A DNA stretch of 64,000 nucleotides from Dicyema japonicum. Lineage: Eukaryota > Animalia > Dicyemida. Shown piece after piece: positions 1 through 12,932 of the stretch. The position numbers and the translations under genes were made by a program. The stretch covers positions 1,904,834 through 1,968,833 of the forward strand of contig RDEW01000002.1 of NCBI GenBank assembly GCA_011109175.1. The letters run 5' to 3'. The first letter of the stretch is position 1, and the number at the start of each line of letters is the position of its first letter. The notes under the pieces were generated by a model. That model searched no databases, was not told where the DNA came from, and saw only the letters and a program-made list of their open reading frames with translations.

Positions 1-389
1 ATCGTGGAATGTTCGGTTCCCTTTAGATTCTGAGGAAAGTTGCCCGGTCTATGTCTAATTAATTGAGTTTTCATATTTTTTTCAAGTTAAAACAAAAGGT
101 GTCCATTTTCGTGATTTACTACTCGCCTGGCATCCCCGGTTTTTTCTGATGTTTTTTTGTCGAATTTTGAAAATGATCCTGAGCGGTTTGCTAGGTTCTT
201 GATTTAAGGTTCAAAGCAAGACAATTATATAAGGAGTTGTGGGGTAATTTGAAGCCATGGGGAGTGTGTGTACATAATAAAAATTTATGTGTGTGTACAA
301 ATTTCTTGGAGTAGTAGAAACTGATAACGTTTCCTCAGCGTAAATTTATTATTTTTCTAAAACTCCAAGACCACCAAGAAAGTATTAAC

Positions 390-720
390 TTGCTAAATTA
401 ATTGATCCCAGCCTCCAAAATCTCTCGAATTCTCTTCGAATGCTCCGCCAGTGAACCAAAAACGTTCCTGAAGTGTTTTTTATTTCTTCAGAGGAATTCT
501 ATCGGAGTGCACTTTTTTAATGTCGATCTGAATTCCTCCTCATGAACCAACCTCTCTCTGAATGGGTTTCCTAGCTCATTGAACATACGTAGGAAGCCCT
601 GGACATTTCTCACCGTCGCCTCCTCTGAAAAGAGACTGAGGATGGATGTGGAGTCTCATGATTTTCTATCTGAGAGAGTTTATACGTTCGACCCTTGTAG
701 AAGGGTCAATCATTCAATTA
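390..720 (-). mobile_element. 3' remnant of Jockey/I-like LINE
   Basis: Minus strand reads ...LAEHSKRIREILEAGIN*, homologous to the C-termini at 15820-15995 (...ILEAGIT*), 14890-15025, 34860-34932 and 50040-50175. Confidence 0.55.
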
Positions 721-1364
721 ATTTCAAAAATTTAGAAAACTGTAAGAAATCAAAAAAACTAATGATGATAATATGAAATTTAAAAAATACTTTTTTTCTT
801 CGAGCCAATGTCTGAGCTACTAAGAGAGAAAAAGAGAGGGAACTCAGCTCACACCTAACCTCCAAGATCACCGAACTCAACTTTGACTTAGCGAATAGAA
901 CCGTCAGTCAAAGCGGGACAGAAAATCTGGATATCGTTCAGCAAAATATTTAAGTCAAATTTCCTTGTTAGCCAATAATATGTGGAACTTTCGTTATTAA
1001 TCTCCTTTCCTAGTCACTGACCTTGGAAGGAGTCGAATTTGTATTCTGAGGGATTATAACATATGTTAACATATTTTTGATGTTCCAGTAAGATTGGTTA
1101 AAAATAAGCATAATCCAAGTCTCCAATGCACAATAATTGTTATTCGGAATCAAAATGCTACCTTTACATGAGAAACACAACTATTCACTCACACTCTCTC
1201 AATTTTTACTTTTCTAGTGTGAAATCTCATAGATACATGCTTCCAAGGAAATTGATCAGATCCAAGAAGAAAAAATAATTGATTTATATCATAAAAAATT
1301 ATTAAAAAAATTAACGAGTAAATTAACTAATTAAGCGGATTTTAATTCTACTTTCCAACACTGA

Positions 1365-1925
1365 GCTTTATGTTCAAGTCCCTTGTGAGAGTCGAAAAGA
1401 CCTATTCAAGAAGATTTGAAACAAAGACGGGCACTCCACAGGATACTCCCTTTTTCTCTACTTTTCACAATTTATTTGGAACCCGCTATGAGGGAACTTA
1501 GGCCGTGGTACCAAGGAGAGACAGAAGAAGTGATGTAGACCTAATTTCTGAAGACAAAGAGGTCATGGAACACCTATTAGAAAAAGCATCAGATGTACTA
1601 TGGAGGTAGTTTCTTACTGTGAAAAGAAAGAAAACAGAACTCAGAGATAAAAAGGATGAGCAACGTCCAAGAAGAGAAGTGGCGACAAGTAAAGAACTCG
1701 AATCACATATGGGAAATAGCTAAGATATCTAAAGTTAGATAACTCTAGCCAATGCTGAGTTATATAAACTGAAGAATCTATGGCTCAAACCAAGAGTATA
1801 GAACACAAAAATGAGAAACCAATTATAAGACTCATTCATAAAACCCGTACTTTTAATAACGATGGAATTTGGACGACCTCATCAGCGGATAGAGAAAGAT
1901 TGAGTTGGAGGTCATTATGAAAGAT
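1365..1925 (+). mobile_element. Degenerate RTE-like LINE RT fragment
   Basis: Frameshifted KTGTPQ...LFTIYLE..MREL segment, similar at DNA level to 45760-46200. Confidence 0.7.
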
Positions 1926-1926
1926 T

Positions 1927-3697
1927 GAAAATATTTTTTTAGAAATTAATGATAAAATGAATTTTAAACAAAAGCAATAAATCATTGATTTATATAATTA
2001 AATTTAATATAGAAATTGCCGAATTGGCTGAAGAGTCAGTTGGCAGTAATCGTTGAAAGAATGATCACCCACAAAAGGAAAAGGGAAATCATGATCCCAT
2101 AAAAGGAAAAAGGGATATTTTTATATTTTTATTAATGAAAAAAAATTTTTTAAGAAATTAATGATAAAATAAATTTTAAACAAAACCAATAAATCATTGA
2201 TTTATATAATTAAATTTAATATAGAAATTGCCGAATTGGCTGAAGAGTCAGTTGGCGAAACTTTGAAAGAATGATCACCCACAAAAGGAAAAGGGAAATC
2301 ATGATCCCATAAAAGGAAAAAGGGATATTTTTTATATTTTTATTAATGAGAAAATATTTTTTAAGAAATTAATGATAAAAAAATTTTAAACAAAAGCAAT
2401 AAATCATTGATTTATATAATTAAATTTAATATAGAAATTGCCGAATTGGCTGAAGAGTCAGTTGCGGAAACTTGAAAGAATGATCACCCACAAAAGGAAA
2501 AGGGAAAATCATGATCCCATAAAAGGAAAAAGGGATATTTTTATATTTTTATTAATGAGAAAATATTTTTTAAGAAATTAATGATAAAATAAATTTTAAA
2601 CAAAAGCAATAAATCATTGATTTATATAATTAAATTTAATATAGAAATTGCCGAATTGGCTGAAGAGTCAGTTGGCGGAAACTTTGAAAGAATGATCACC
2701 CACAAAAGGAAAAGGGAAAATCATGATCCCATAAAAGGAAAAAGGGATATTTTTTATATTTTTATTAATGAGAAAATATTTTTTAAGAAATTAATGATAA
2801 AATAATTTTAAACAAAACCAATAAATCATTGATTTATATAATTAAATTTAATATAGAAATTGCCAAATTGGCTGAAGAGTCAGTTGGCGGAAACCTTGAA
2901 AGAATGATCACCCACAAAAGGAAAAGGGAAAATCATGATCCCATAAAAGGAAAAAGGGATATTTTTTATTTTTTATTAATGAGAAAATATTTTTTAAAAA
3001 ATTAATGATAAAATGCATTTTTAAAGAAAGACAATAAATTTATTGATTTAAATAATTATAATATAGAAATTGCCCGAATTGGCTGAAGAGTCAGTTGGCG
3101 GAAACTTTGAAAGAATGATCACCCACAAAAGGAAAAGGGAAAATCATGATCCCATAAAAGGAAAAAGGGATATTTTTATTTTTATTAATGAGAAAATATT
3201 TTTTAAGAAATTAATAAAATGCATTTTAAAGAAAGACAATAAATCATTGATTTAAATAATTAAATTTAATATAGAAATTGCCGAATTGGCTGAAGAGTCA
3301 GTTGGCAGTAATGTTGAAAGAATGATCACCCACAAAAGGAAAAGGGAAAATCATGATCCCATAAAAGGAAAAAGGGATATTTTTTATTTTTATAATGAGA
3401 AAATATTTTTATAAATTAATGATAAAATGCATTTTAAAGAAAGACAATAAATCATTGATTTAAATAATTAAATTTAATATAGAAATTGCCGAATTGGCTG
3501 AAGAGTCAGTTGGCGGAAACTTTGAAAGAATGATCACCCACAAAAGGAAAAGGGAAAATCATGATCCCATAAAAGGAAAAGGGATATTTTTTATTTTTTA
3601 TTAATGAGAAAATATTTTTTATAAATTAATGATAAAATGCATTTTAAAGAAAGACAATAAATCTTTGATTTAAATAATAAAATTTAATATAGAAATT
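1927..3697. repeat. ~210-bp tandem repeat array, left arm (8 full units plus flanking partial units)
   Basis: AGAAATTGCC(G)AATTGGC unit starts at 2011, 2223, 2433, 2643, 2855, 3065, 3273, 3481; a ninth (3691) is cut by the RTE. Period 208-212. Confidence 0.97.
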
Positions 3698-6600
3698 TGT
3701 TGAGGTGGTGACGTCCCTCTACTTGCACTATGTCTTCTTCGTATTGCTTACCAGTTTCTCCCCTCACTCTTGGATCCCTCAACTGCCGAGGCCTCAATCA
3801 GTGCTACAAGAAACAACAATTGGCGCGTGATCTGAGTAAATACAACATCTCTGTCTGTTGTTTGCAAGAGACGAAAATAACCGAACAATCTGCTGAACTG
3901 TTTCAGAATTTTTACCTTTTTACCCTCACACCAGACTGCAGGCACTATGGGCTCGGATTTGCTGTTCATCGGCACTTGTTTCACTGTGTCTCAAGAGTAT
4001 GGGCAGTATCTGACCGTGTCGCGGTGTTACAAATCAAATGCGGAAACAAACTCAACTCAGTGATCTCCATCATAAATGTATATGCCCCAACCGGAGCACG
4101 TGTATCAACGAATATCGAAGAACTGGATACGTTTTACTCTACTCTCACAAGTGTGTACAACTCACTTTCATCCTCTTACTTTCTTTTTATCGCCGGGGAC
4201 TGGAACGCCAGGGCCGGAAAAGCAAGACCTGGTGAAACGTGTATTGGATCCCACGGTAGAAACCGCCGTAACATCCCCGGAGAGGCATTAATACAATTTT
4301 GCACGGCATTCAACCTACTCATATGCAACACTTGTTTCAAGCACCCGGCAAGACACAGGACCACGTGGGTTGGTACCAGAAAAGGCAAATCTGGAAACAC
4401 AGTCAATATATACAATCAGATCGACTATATTATCTGCAAGCAACATCAGAAGGCCCTCCTACAGGACTCGAGATCTTACGGTGGACTTGAAACAAGTAGC
4501 GATCATAAACTTGTGGTCGCCCGGCTAGTACTTAAAAGAATCCATGGAATACACGGGAAACACAAAGGCCTTACCTCAGTACGTTTCGACACTGAGAGGT
4601 TACGCTACGAAGAATCCACCAAATGTCGTTATAGTGCAGTTCTGAGAGATAGCATCAACAGTATTAACCAAAATCAGCCGACAAACAGCTTATGGGATGA
4701 AATAGTGGTTGCTATCCAAAACACAGCCTTTAGTGTGCTTGGTCACATCACCAAATCTCGTCACAAACAATGTAATCCGGATATCGGACAACTCTCTGTA
4801 ACACAGAAAGAGCTCAGACTCCGGATGGAAAACACAAACGCTCCGGAAGATATCAAAGTACTGCGCACCCAGAGAGGGAGAGTCTTAACGAAGATCAAAC
4901 AAATACAAAGATTCCTTGCCAAAAATGAAGCTGAGGAGAAAATCTCAGACATATTAAAGTACAAGAACGGACCAAGAATGTTCAAAGCAATCCGGCTTCT
5001 TAGCAGAGAAAACTGTCCAATTTCGTTAACTGTCCATGACAACCTTGGTCACGACGTTATCGGGACCATTAACAAAGCAAACGTTCTGGCATCCCATTTT
5101 GACCTTATGTTCAACAAACAGGACGCGGCTGACCAAGCAATGAAATCTCGGAAGTCTTACAAGTACACTCTAACTAGCCCTATTACCATATCCGAAACTC
5201 AACAAGCTATTAAAAAATTAAATACCGGAAGATCTGCCGGACCAGACTTCATTACTGCAGAACTTTTACAATACGGCCCGGAGGAGCTAATTGAAATGAT
5301 TACTAACATTTTCAACCGGTCTCTCGAGGGTGCAGATGAACTGGAACTGGGAAAAGGGTGGCTAATTCCACTACAAAAACCGGGAAAAAGTAAAGGCCCC
5401 CCTCACAACTTCAGACCTATTATACTCCTAACCTCCATACGAAAAACATTATCCCTCATTGCTTTAAACCGAATAAAGGAGAGGGTGAACATATTTCTTT
5501 CGGACGGCCAAAGTGGATTCCGGACGGGCAGGTCCACGGCTGACGTGGTATGGGGGCACAGGTGGTATTGTGCCCTGTGCCAAAAATACAAAAAATCTAT
5601 TTGAGATACTTGGTATCGACATGTCCCGTGCGTTCGACTCGGTGGACCGTGGAAAACTTATGGAAGTGTTGGAGAGTTTTCTACTGCCTGACGATGTCAA
5701 AATAATACACTTACTCATGCGGAACACTCAACTTGCCGTCAAAATTGGTGACTCTACCTCTAACTTTTTTTCGACCTCACGTGGAGTTCCACAGGGGGAC
5801 TCACTATCCCCGGTCCTCTTTATTGTCTACCTTGAGGCCGCACTAAGAGAGTTCAGACCCCTGGTTGGCAACAATTATAACGAGATAATCTACGCGGACG
5901 ACCTGGACTTTGTTTCTGAGGATATTCAAGTACTTCAACACATGCTTAACGTTCTTCCACACGTATTCTCGAAATGGTTCTTAACCGTTAACACCGATAA
6001 AACAGAGTTCACAACACTTACACGCAATGATCGAAGATCGGACGAGTCTTGGAGAAAGCAAAAGAAGGTGGGTTCGCTTCTCGGGGACTCAGAAGATGTT
6101 TCTCGGAGGAAAATCCTCGCAATGTGTGCACTAAAGAAAGTATCGAATATGTGGGGTCATAAGAAGAGGATGGGATTAAACACCAAACTCAGAATATATA
6201 AGGCTTTTGTCATCCCCGTCCTGACCTACAATTCAGGCACTTGGGGAATCTCTAAACAAGAGATGGACCGTCTTGACGCTTTCCACAGGACACAATTGAA
6301 ATCAGTAATCAAGATCAAGTGGCCTAAGAAGATCTCAAACAATGACCTCTACTCGAAGTGCAAATCTGGTATACTATCCGAGGAGATCTTCAGATCAAGA
6401 TGGAGTCTCTTTGGACATATCTTACGTCTAAATGCTCAAGTACCCGCGAATATCGCCATGGAAAACTACTTAATGCATACGGGAGCCGGTTTCCGTGGAA
6501 GACCAAGAGTCACACTCCCAACTATTTTGAATGGAGACCTGTCGGCTGTGGGACTGAAGCTCACTTCCGCAGACGACCTAGATACCTTAAGGGAACTGGC

Positions 6601-6715
6601 ACGAAGTAGAGGGTCCTGGAAAAGGCTGATAGAGAGGATGGCTAGAAATACGGCACAAGGGAGGCTTGATTAATTTTATGACTTCTCGGGAGTGCTTTAA
6701 ATAAAATAATAAATA
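3698..6715 (+). mobile_element. Full-length RTE-type non-LTR retrotransposon (3018 bp)
   Basis: Single APE-RT reading frame with no ORF1, ~30-nt 5' UTR, short 3' UTR with TAA/TAAA-rich tail. 9-bp TSD ATAGAAATT at 3689-3697 and 6716-6724. Confidence 0.92.
3730..6673 (+). CDS. APE endonuclease-reverse transcriptase, split by one +1 indel near 5600
   Basis: APE motifs LNCRGL, CLQETK, GDWNA, NQIDYI, SDH. RT motifs GPDFI, FRPI, QSGFR, DMSRAFD, GVPQGDSLSP, YADD. Removing one T in TCTATTTGAG gives KKSIEILGIDMSRAFD, as in the paralog at 58021-58833. Confidence 0.93.
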
Positions 6716-8418
6716 ATAGAAATTGCCGAATTGGCTGAAGAGTCAGTTGGCGGAAACATTGAAAGAATGATCACCCACAAAAAGGAAAAGGGAAAATCAT
6801 GATCCCATAAAAGGAAAAAGGGATATTTTTTATTAATGAGAAAATATTTTTTATAAATTAATGATAAAATGCATTTTAAAGAAAGACAATAAATCATTGA
6901 TTTATATAATTAAATTTAATATAGAAATTGCCGAATTGGCTGAAGAGTCAGTTGGCGGAAACTTTGAAAGAATGATCACCCACAAAAGGAAAAGGGAAAA
7001 TCATGATCCCATATAAAAGGAAAAAGGGATATTTTTTATTTTTATTAATGAGAAAATATTTTTTATAAATTAATGATAAAATGCATTTTAAAGAAAGACA
7101 ATAAATCATTGATTTATATAATTAAATTTAATATAGAAATTGCCGAATTGGCTGAAGAGTCAGTTGCGGAAACTTTGAAAGAATGATCACCCACCAAAAG
7201 GAAAAGGGAAAATCATGATCCCATAAAAGGAAAAAGGGATATTTTTTATTTTTTATTAATGAGAAAATATTTTTTATAAATTAATGATAAAATGCATTTT
7301 AAAGAAAGAAAATAAATCATTGATTTATATAATTAAATTTAATATAGAAATTGCCGAATTGGCTGAAGAGTCAGTTGGCAGTAATGTTGAAAGAATGATC
7401 ACCCACAAAAAGGAATAGGGAAAATCATGATCCCATAAAAGGAAAAGGGATATTTTTTATATTTTTATTAATGAGAAAATATTTTTTATAAATTAATGAT
7501 AAAATAAATTTTAAACAAAACCAATAAATCATTGATTTATATAATTAAATTTAATATAGAACGTGCTCAATTGGCTGAAGAGTCTGTTGGCGGTCATCAT
7601 GAAAGTTTGAAATCCCAAAAAAGGAAAAGGGAAAATCATGATCCCATAAAAGGAAAAAGGGAATTTTTTATATTTTTATTAATGAGAAAATTTATTTTTA
7701 GAAATTAATTTTTTTAAGCAAATTAAAAACAATTATTTAACAAAAAACAAATGTTAGTTGAGGAATCCGGCTGCGTTGATGAGAACGAGTTCCCTCGGAG
7801 TATAGCCATTCCAATCTCTTGTCTCAGCTATAACCATTATCGTTGTTTTCTTTTTTTGGCAAGCATTCCTCTTAGTTCGCGTAAAAACTCAGCTGTCATT
7901 GGACCTCATTAGTCAGAAATTAATAATAAATTATATTTTAAAACAAAACCAATTAATCATTGATTTATATAATTAATTTTAATATAGAAAGTAGCCTAAT
8001 TGGCTTAAGAGTTAGTTGGCGGTGATTGTGAAAGATTGATATCCCAAAAAAGGAAAAGGGAAAATCATGATCCCATAAAAGGAAAAAGGGATATTTTTTT
8101 ATATTTTTATTATTATTATTATTATAAGCAACTACATAGAATCATATAAACTATAATTCTATTCGTGCCGCGTCCGAACAATCCTCATAATTAGCCTTTC
8201 CCATCCCTCCTGTCCGATGCCAAGTTCCGCAGACTACTAAGGTCTTCACCGTCCTTTAGTTGTCTGGTTACTGATCTAAGGTCACCATTAAGGACTTCCC
8301 GATATTTTTATTAATGAGAATATATTTTTCAGAAATTAATGATAAAATAAATTTTAAACAAAACCAATAAATCATTGATTTAGATAATTAAATTTAATAA
8401 AAAAAATTGCCCAATTGA
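6716..8418. repeat. ~210-bp tandem repeat array, right arm (edge units diverged and interrupted)
   Basis: Unit starts at 6718, 6923, 7135, 7346, 7558, 7986, ~8403. Unrelated insert at ~7745-7915. Confidence 0.95.
8113..8301 (-). mobile_element. 5'-truncated RTE copy (~190 bp) inserted in an array unit
   Basis: Encodes ..VLNGDLRSVTRQLKDGEDLSSLRNLA.., ends in a (TAA)n tail. TSD ATATTTTTATTA at 8101-8112 and 8302-8313. Confidence 0.85.
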
Positions 8419-9437
8419 CGATCTTATTCAGAGCCTTGTGCCTGCAGATCTGCCAGCGCGCCATAGCTGTCTATTATGTCACATGTGCCAAACGATACCT
8501 ATTGGCTGCCTGTTACATTAACCTTAAACCAAGATTTACTTCAATTAATTTTATAAATGATTTATTAACTACAAAAAATTAAATTTAAGTAACTTTTTTA
8601 AGTCTGCTCATTAATACACTCGATATTTCTCCTTTCGAATTTTTTATCTATCAAATTAAGCTATTTAAAACTACCTCAAACGCGATTATTCGATAAAATA
8701 TTAATTATTTCTGCAACTGGATAATACTGAGATTCAAACTTATCCAGTCGCAATGAGGGATTTGTTCCAAAGTTTTTTTAGCCCGAACCTATTTATTAAT
8801 GTTTTTAATTCATACTTTATCTCCCATGTTGGAAGTATATTTAGGCGAAACAAAGATCTTAAGTTTTGACACACTTCTTTACCTGACTTATTATAGAGTG
8901 GTCGTGCAAATGCAAATTTATAAAATAAAAAAAACTAACCTACTATAAATGTCAATGACCGTTAAAATCCATTTAAAATTTTCGTTTAATGTTGAAAATT
9001 TTTTCAGATCTATCATGTCTATTTGAAAAACGTTCATTTGGACAAGAAGCGAACACATGGTGATTTATATCTCCAATCTACAATTAAAAAAAATCACGAA
9101 ACTTTTAAAGGACGCGAAAATTTGCAGACTTCACAATTTCGAATGACTTTTCTGATAATCTCATTCTTTACAGTGATCTTTGTCGACATTCATACTCAAT
9201 TTTATTGACTCCTCCGTGTGAAAAACACGTGCAACGATTTCGCAACATGCTCCATTTCGGTTTCATTATCCAGGATATGACTAACTTGGAATCAGTTAAT
9301 TTAAGATACAGTCCTAAAATTATTGCAAATTTACAATACCTGTCATTGATAATGGAAAAAATTCTTTATCTTCTTTATAAGACTATATTTTCGGTGCCTC
9401 GGAAGATTTTCGGGAAATTTATCACGCAAAGCATCTT

Positions 9438-10060
9438 TTAAAGTTTGATATTCATGCAATCTTTCACAAAACCCTTGTAAGAAGCCATTGCAACAAAATA
9501 ATCTTCCATGCTATAAATGTGACACATTAGGATGCCACATCGGTGAGGTATGCATAGTTTCATGCCACTTCTAACGCATTCATTATCCAGAAAGGTACCC
9601 AGAGCTCCATTTTGGATAGCGTTTAGCCAAACTCCGCTCTCAGGGGAAGCCCCCGAAAGCAAACAAGCGCGTCGGTGCTGATTGGCTGATTTCAGTAGGA
9701 GTCCAAATGATTTCCAGCACGATAAATTTTCCAGGTTTCGCTGGCAGTCTTGTGAAAGAGGCAAAGCAAGTTGGTGGCATTCCAGGCTTCTCATACGTGG
9801 ATTATGTCTTGTTAATTGAGAATTCTGGTAAGGATTGTAGAATCCTCATGACCGTTTCTGGGGGACCTCCTAAGACAGCGTCATCGAGGTACCAGATGTT
9901 GAGTGGGCATCGAAAGAGCTTCATAGTCCTCTCAATTCCGAGGAAGAACAGCAGTAGTCCGATGGGTCGCCCTGTTGAACACCTGAGGACGATGGAACCA
10001 TGTGATCCCCGTGCAATAGAGATGTAGGCTTTCCGTATGAATAATTGACAGTTCAAATAT
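9438..10060 (-). mobile_element. CRE-like (RLE-type) retrotransposon RT remnant
   Basis: WYLDDAVLGGPPETV and ESGVWLNAI..LGTFLDNECVR..CIPHRC motifs, typical of CRE-clade ORFs. Confidence 0.75.
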
Positions 10061-10204
10061 GTATGGACATCTTTCTTTGCAGGCCTCTAGAATGCAGTCT
10101 CTTCTTAAACTGTTAAAGAGCGCGTACCCAAGCTAGAGAAAATCTTTTCAAGAATGTCAGCCCGGGCTAATTGTTATGATCAGACTAATTAATTATCGAT
10201 TTAC

Positions 10205-10310
10205 ATATACAATTAACACGACAGATGTGACCAAAACTCTGATCTCCATATAAAGGAAGAGGCATCAGGGTCCCATAAAAGGAATGGGTTTTTTTATTAA
10301 TTAAAAATTA
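10205..10310 (+). repeat. Dispersed relative of the array module (hairpins 2-3 plus T-run)
   Basis: CTGATCTCCATATAAAGGAAGAGGCATCAGGGTCCCATAAAAGGAATGGGTTTTTTT; shares upstream TACAATTAACACG with the copy at 29840. Confidence 0.7.
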
Positions 10311-10499
10311 TTATTTTAGAAAAAATAAGGAGTTTAAGAAAGATTTCGATTTCAACTCTTAAATTTGGATGGCTATTGTATTACTCTACCAGCGACTATC
10401 TGCTGTAGAGTGTGCCTCTGTTGTGCGGAGATTCTCGCTATCGGAGACTATGCCCCACAGACTTAACTAAATTTATTGAAAAAAAATTTATTGTTTCTT

Positions 10500-10880
10500 A
10501 TGCCATACACTCATACTGGATCATCAGTCACTCCCGAATCATCCTCTCCGTCAGCTTCGACCATGATCTTCTATTGCGCACTATTTCTTTTAGGTAGTCC
10601 TGGTCGTCCGCCATTTCCATTATAATATCAGATGATGTCCACACTCTTGTAACGTATGAATCAGGTCCTGATGGACTGCAAATCCGAAACCATAATGTCG
10701 GCAGGCCGACGTGAGGATAAAAAGGTGGAATTTTCCAAACAGTTCTGTACATTGTAGGGTCGTTTTTGTCTCTTGTAGACAGAGACGTCATATTTGGTTA
10801 GATCGCATACCTGTTAGTGTTTCTTATAAAATTGTTTAAGTCCTCTGCAATTGAAAGATCCCAGAGTGAACGGAAATGTC
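10500..10880 (-). mobile_element. RTE 3' remnant
   Basis: ..DDQDYLKEIVRNRRSWSKLTERM.., like the RTE C-terminus. Confidence 0.65.
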
Positions 10881-11633
10881 GGTAAGGAATACAAATAAGA
10901 CATAGTGCATAACCAGTATATATTCACATGAATGTTTTATATTCCCATGTTTCTGACTGTATATTGGAGTCACATTAAAATATATAATTAATGTATTGAT
11001 TTTATAATTGATTATTAAGTGAGAAAGTTATACGCAAGTAATGACACAAATAATATTATTTAGGCCTCATTTGGCTTATTATTGACGCATTAATGTAGTC
11101 TTGAATTGCATTTTAGGGCTAAAATACTGAGAAAGACAAAACCAGTAAAAACTAAAAAATCTGTACCTTTAAATTCATTTCAGAAAAAGGTTTCAATTTC
11201 CAGAAAAGCAACTAAAGTCAAATCGACTAGAACGAGAAAGACCAAGCGAACACAAAACCAAAGAAATGACCTCATTTAGTGATGCATTAATACTTAATTT
11301 ACTAACTTAATACTTCGACTAATTCACTCACAAAATTAATTTTGAATTAAATCTCCGAGTTTTATTTTTTTGAAAGCATGCCACGGAGGATGTGACTCCA
11401 AAGCGACGAGAAAACCATCTCCGTTAACTGAAGTCTGGGTTGAGGCGCGATTGCATTCCCAATTCACAGATGATTCCTTACAATTTTTCCCATCTTTGGC
11501 ACCTGTCCCTGATTATTTTGAACCCAACATATTTAGAATATATTAACACTTAATTCTAAGCTTTGTTTACCAAGAGGACTGCAGTACTTACCATATCGAT
11601 TGCAACATGTAAATAAGTCAGAAATTGTGTATA

Positions 11634-12000
11634 CAGTCCGACCTCTAATTGGGGCACGTAATACGCAAAATCAGAGGTTTCCCCAAACAGAGGTTTTCCA
11701 TATAGTTTAATAAATAAACAAAAAGAACAATATTTTTAAAGTAATCAGCTATTTTCTTTCCATATTTATCTTTATTTTTTATTTCTACCGTCACTTTCTG
11801 AATTCATAAAAATCATATAGTCTGGAATCAAATCAGCCTCTAGGTTTTCCATCAAACTTAAAAAATTTTTGAAACATCTAGGATTTCTGTAATTTTTGAT
11901 TATTAATAATTCTATTTTTTCTCCAGTGTAGCTACAGCATAGATGAATAGTATTTACTCCGTTTAAAACCACGTGCTTATACACCAGTTTTTACAAATAA
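11634..12000 (-). mobile_element. pogo/Tigger DNA transposon remnant
   Basis: TGEKIELLIIKNYRNPRCFKN DDE_1-like motif; TA followed by TIR-like CAGTCCGACCTC at 11634. Confidence 0.6.
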
Positions 12001-12932
12001 TTTGTGTGGTACAAGTTTGATGAAAAAGCAGTTTCGGCACAATTAAAAATGTTCTCGTTTACACAATGTTTAAATTTAATATTTTATTATAATAAAAAAT
12101 CGGAATCATCTCCTGATCACAAGAGGTAGCTCTTAACTTCGTAAATAACTGATTGCTTTTCTTATTTACCGCTATTTGTAGGCGTAGTTAAAATATCTTT
12201 TAAACTTTTGATTTTAAGTAGTAAGTGATTTTCAGTAATGAATTCTTCAATAATACTGCTTGGGGGTAGAGAATTATAAATGCTTTATTCTGGAATATTA
12301 ACGCCATTGGTTATCAAAAATTTATAAAAGTGTGTTTCTTACGAATTGCCACGTTTTGTAACCTCTGATGATTGATTCGTGTTGAAGATCCCTGAATGGG
12401 GTGATTATGCTTATGAGCTAATAATAAAGACTCAGCCATTAGTTGACCCCTACCTCACTCAGTAGCCTTCTCACCTCGGTGTATCTTTATGACTTTATTG
12501 AATATATTTAATTACAATAATGAAATTAAATATTACTTAAATTTTGTTATAATGAAATTTAATATATTTGTAGTTTATTGTGATTAAATTGTAGTCTTCA
12601 TAAAAGCGGGAAAGTTCCATATTGCGACTCAAGTAATCAAGGAACTTTCCCGAACATACCATCCCGCCAAATGAATGGCTTTAATAATTACTCTGAGTTT
12701 CCTAGCAAGTCCAGTAGAGCCTTTATAAAAATTGCATGCGTTTCCTGCATCTCCAACCTTAAATGAGAGACAAGGTGCATAGAGGTCCTCGATTCGCTGA
12801 TATTTGAGCTTGGATGACCGTAGAACACTAAAGCATGATAACATGACCATATGCGGAGGTGAATTATATTAAATCAGCGCAATTTAATTAACAAATAATC
12901 CAAATTTAACGTAAAACAGACTATTTGACAGA

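Noticed and set aside
2230-2275. Hammerhead ribozyme (CUGAAGA-GUC/GGC-GAAAC) in the array unit; retrozyme hypothesis
   Set aside because: The perfect core occurs in only one unit (others have GGCGGAAAC or GGCAGTAAT). No NUH site with stem III or stem I can be built, and the bases are better explained by hairpin H1.
2650-2755. Divergent U2 snRNA (GCC..GGCU.AAGA.UCA resembles the U2 5' end)
   Set aside because: No conserved GUAGUA branch-pairing motif, no Sm site ending in G, and no 3' stem-loops III/IV.
7990-8010. 15/19 match to the dinoflagellate spliced leader (GTAGCCATTTTGGCTCAAG)
   Set aside because: Only in one diverged edge unit and not followed directly by GT; short hairpin-driven similarity.
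1927-8418. CRISPR-like or protein-coding repeat (short ORFs 2617-2805, 3070-3255, 6697-6897)
   Set aside because: No unique spacers, eukaryotic context, and indels between units break the frame.
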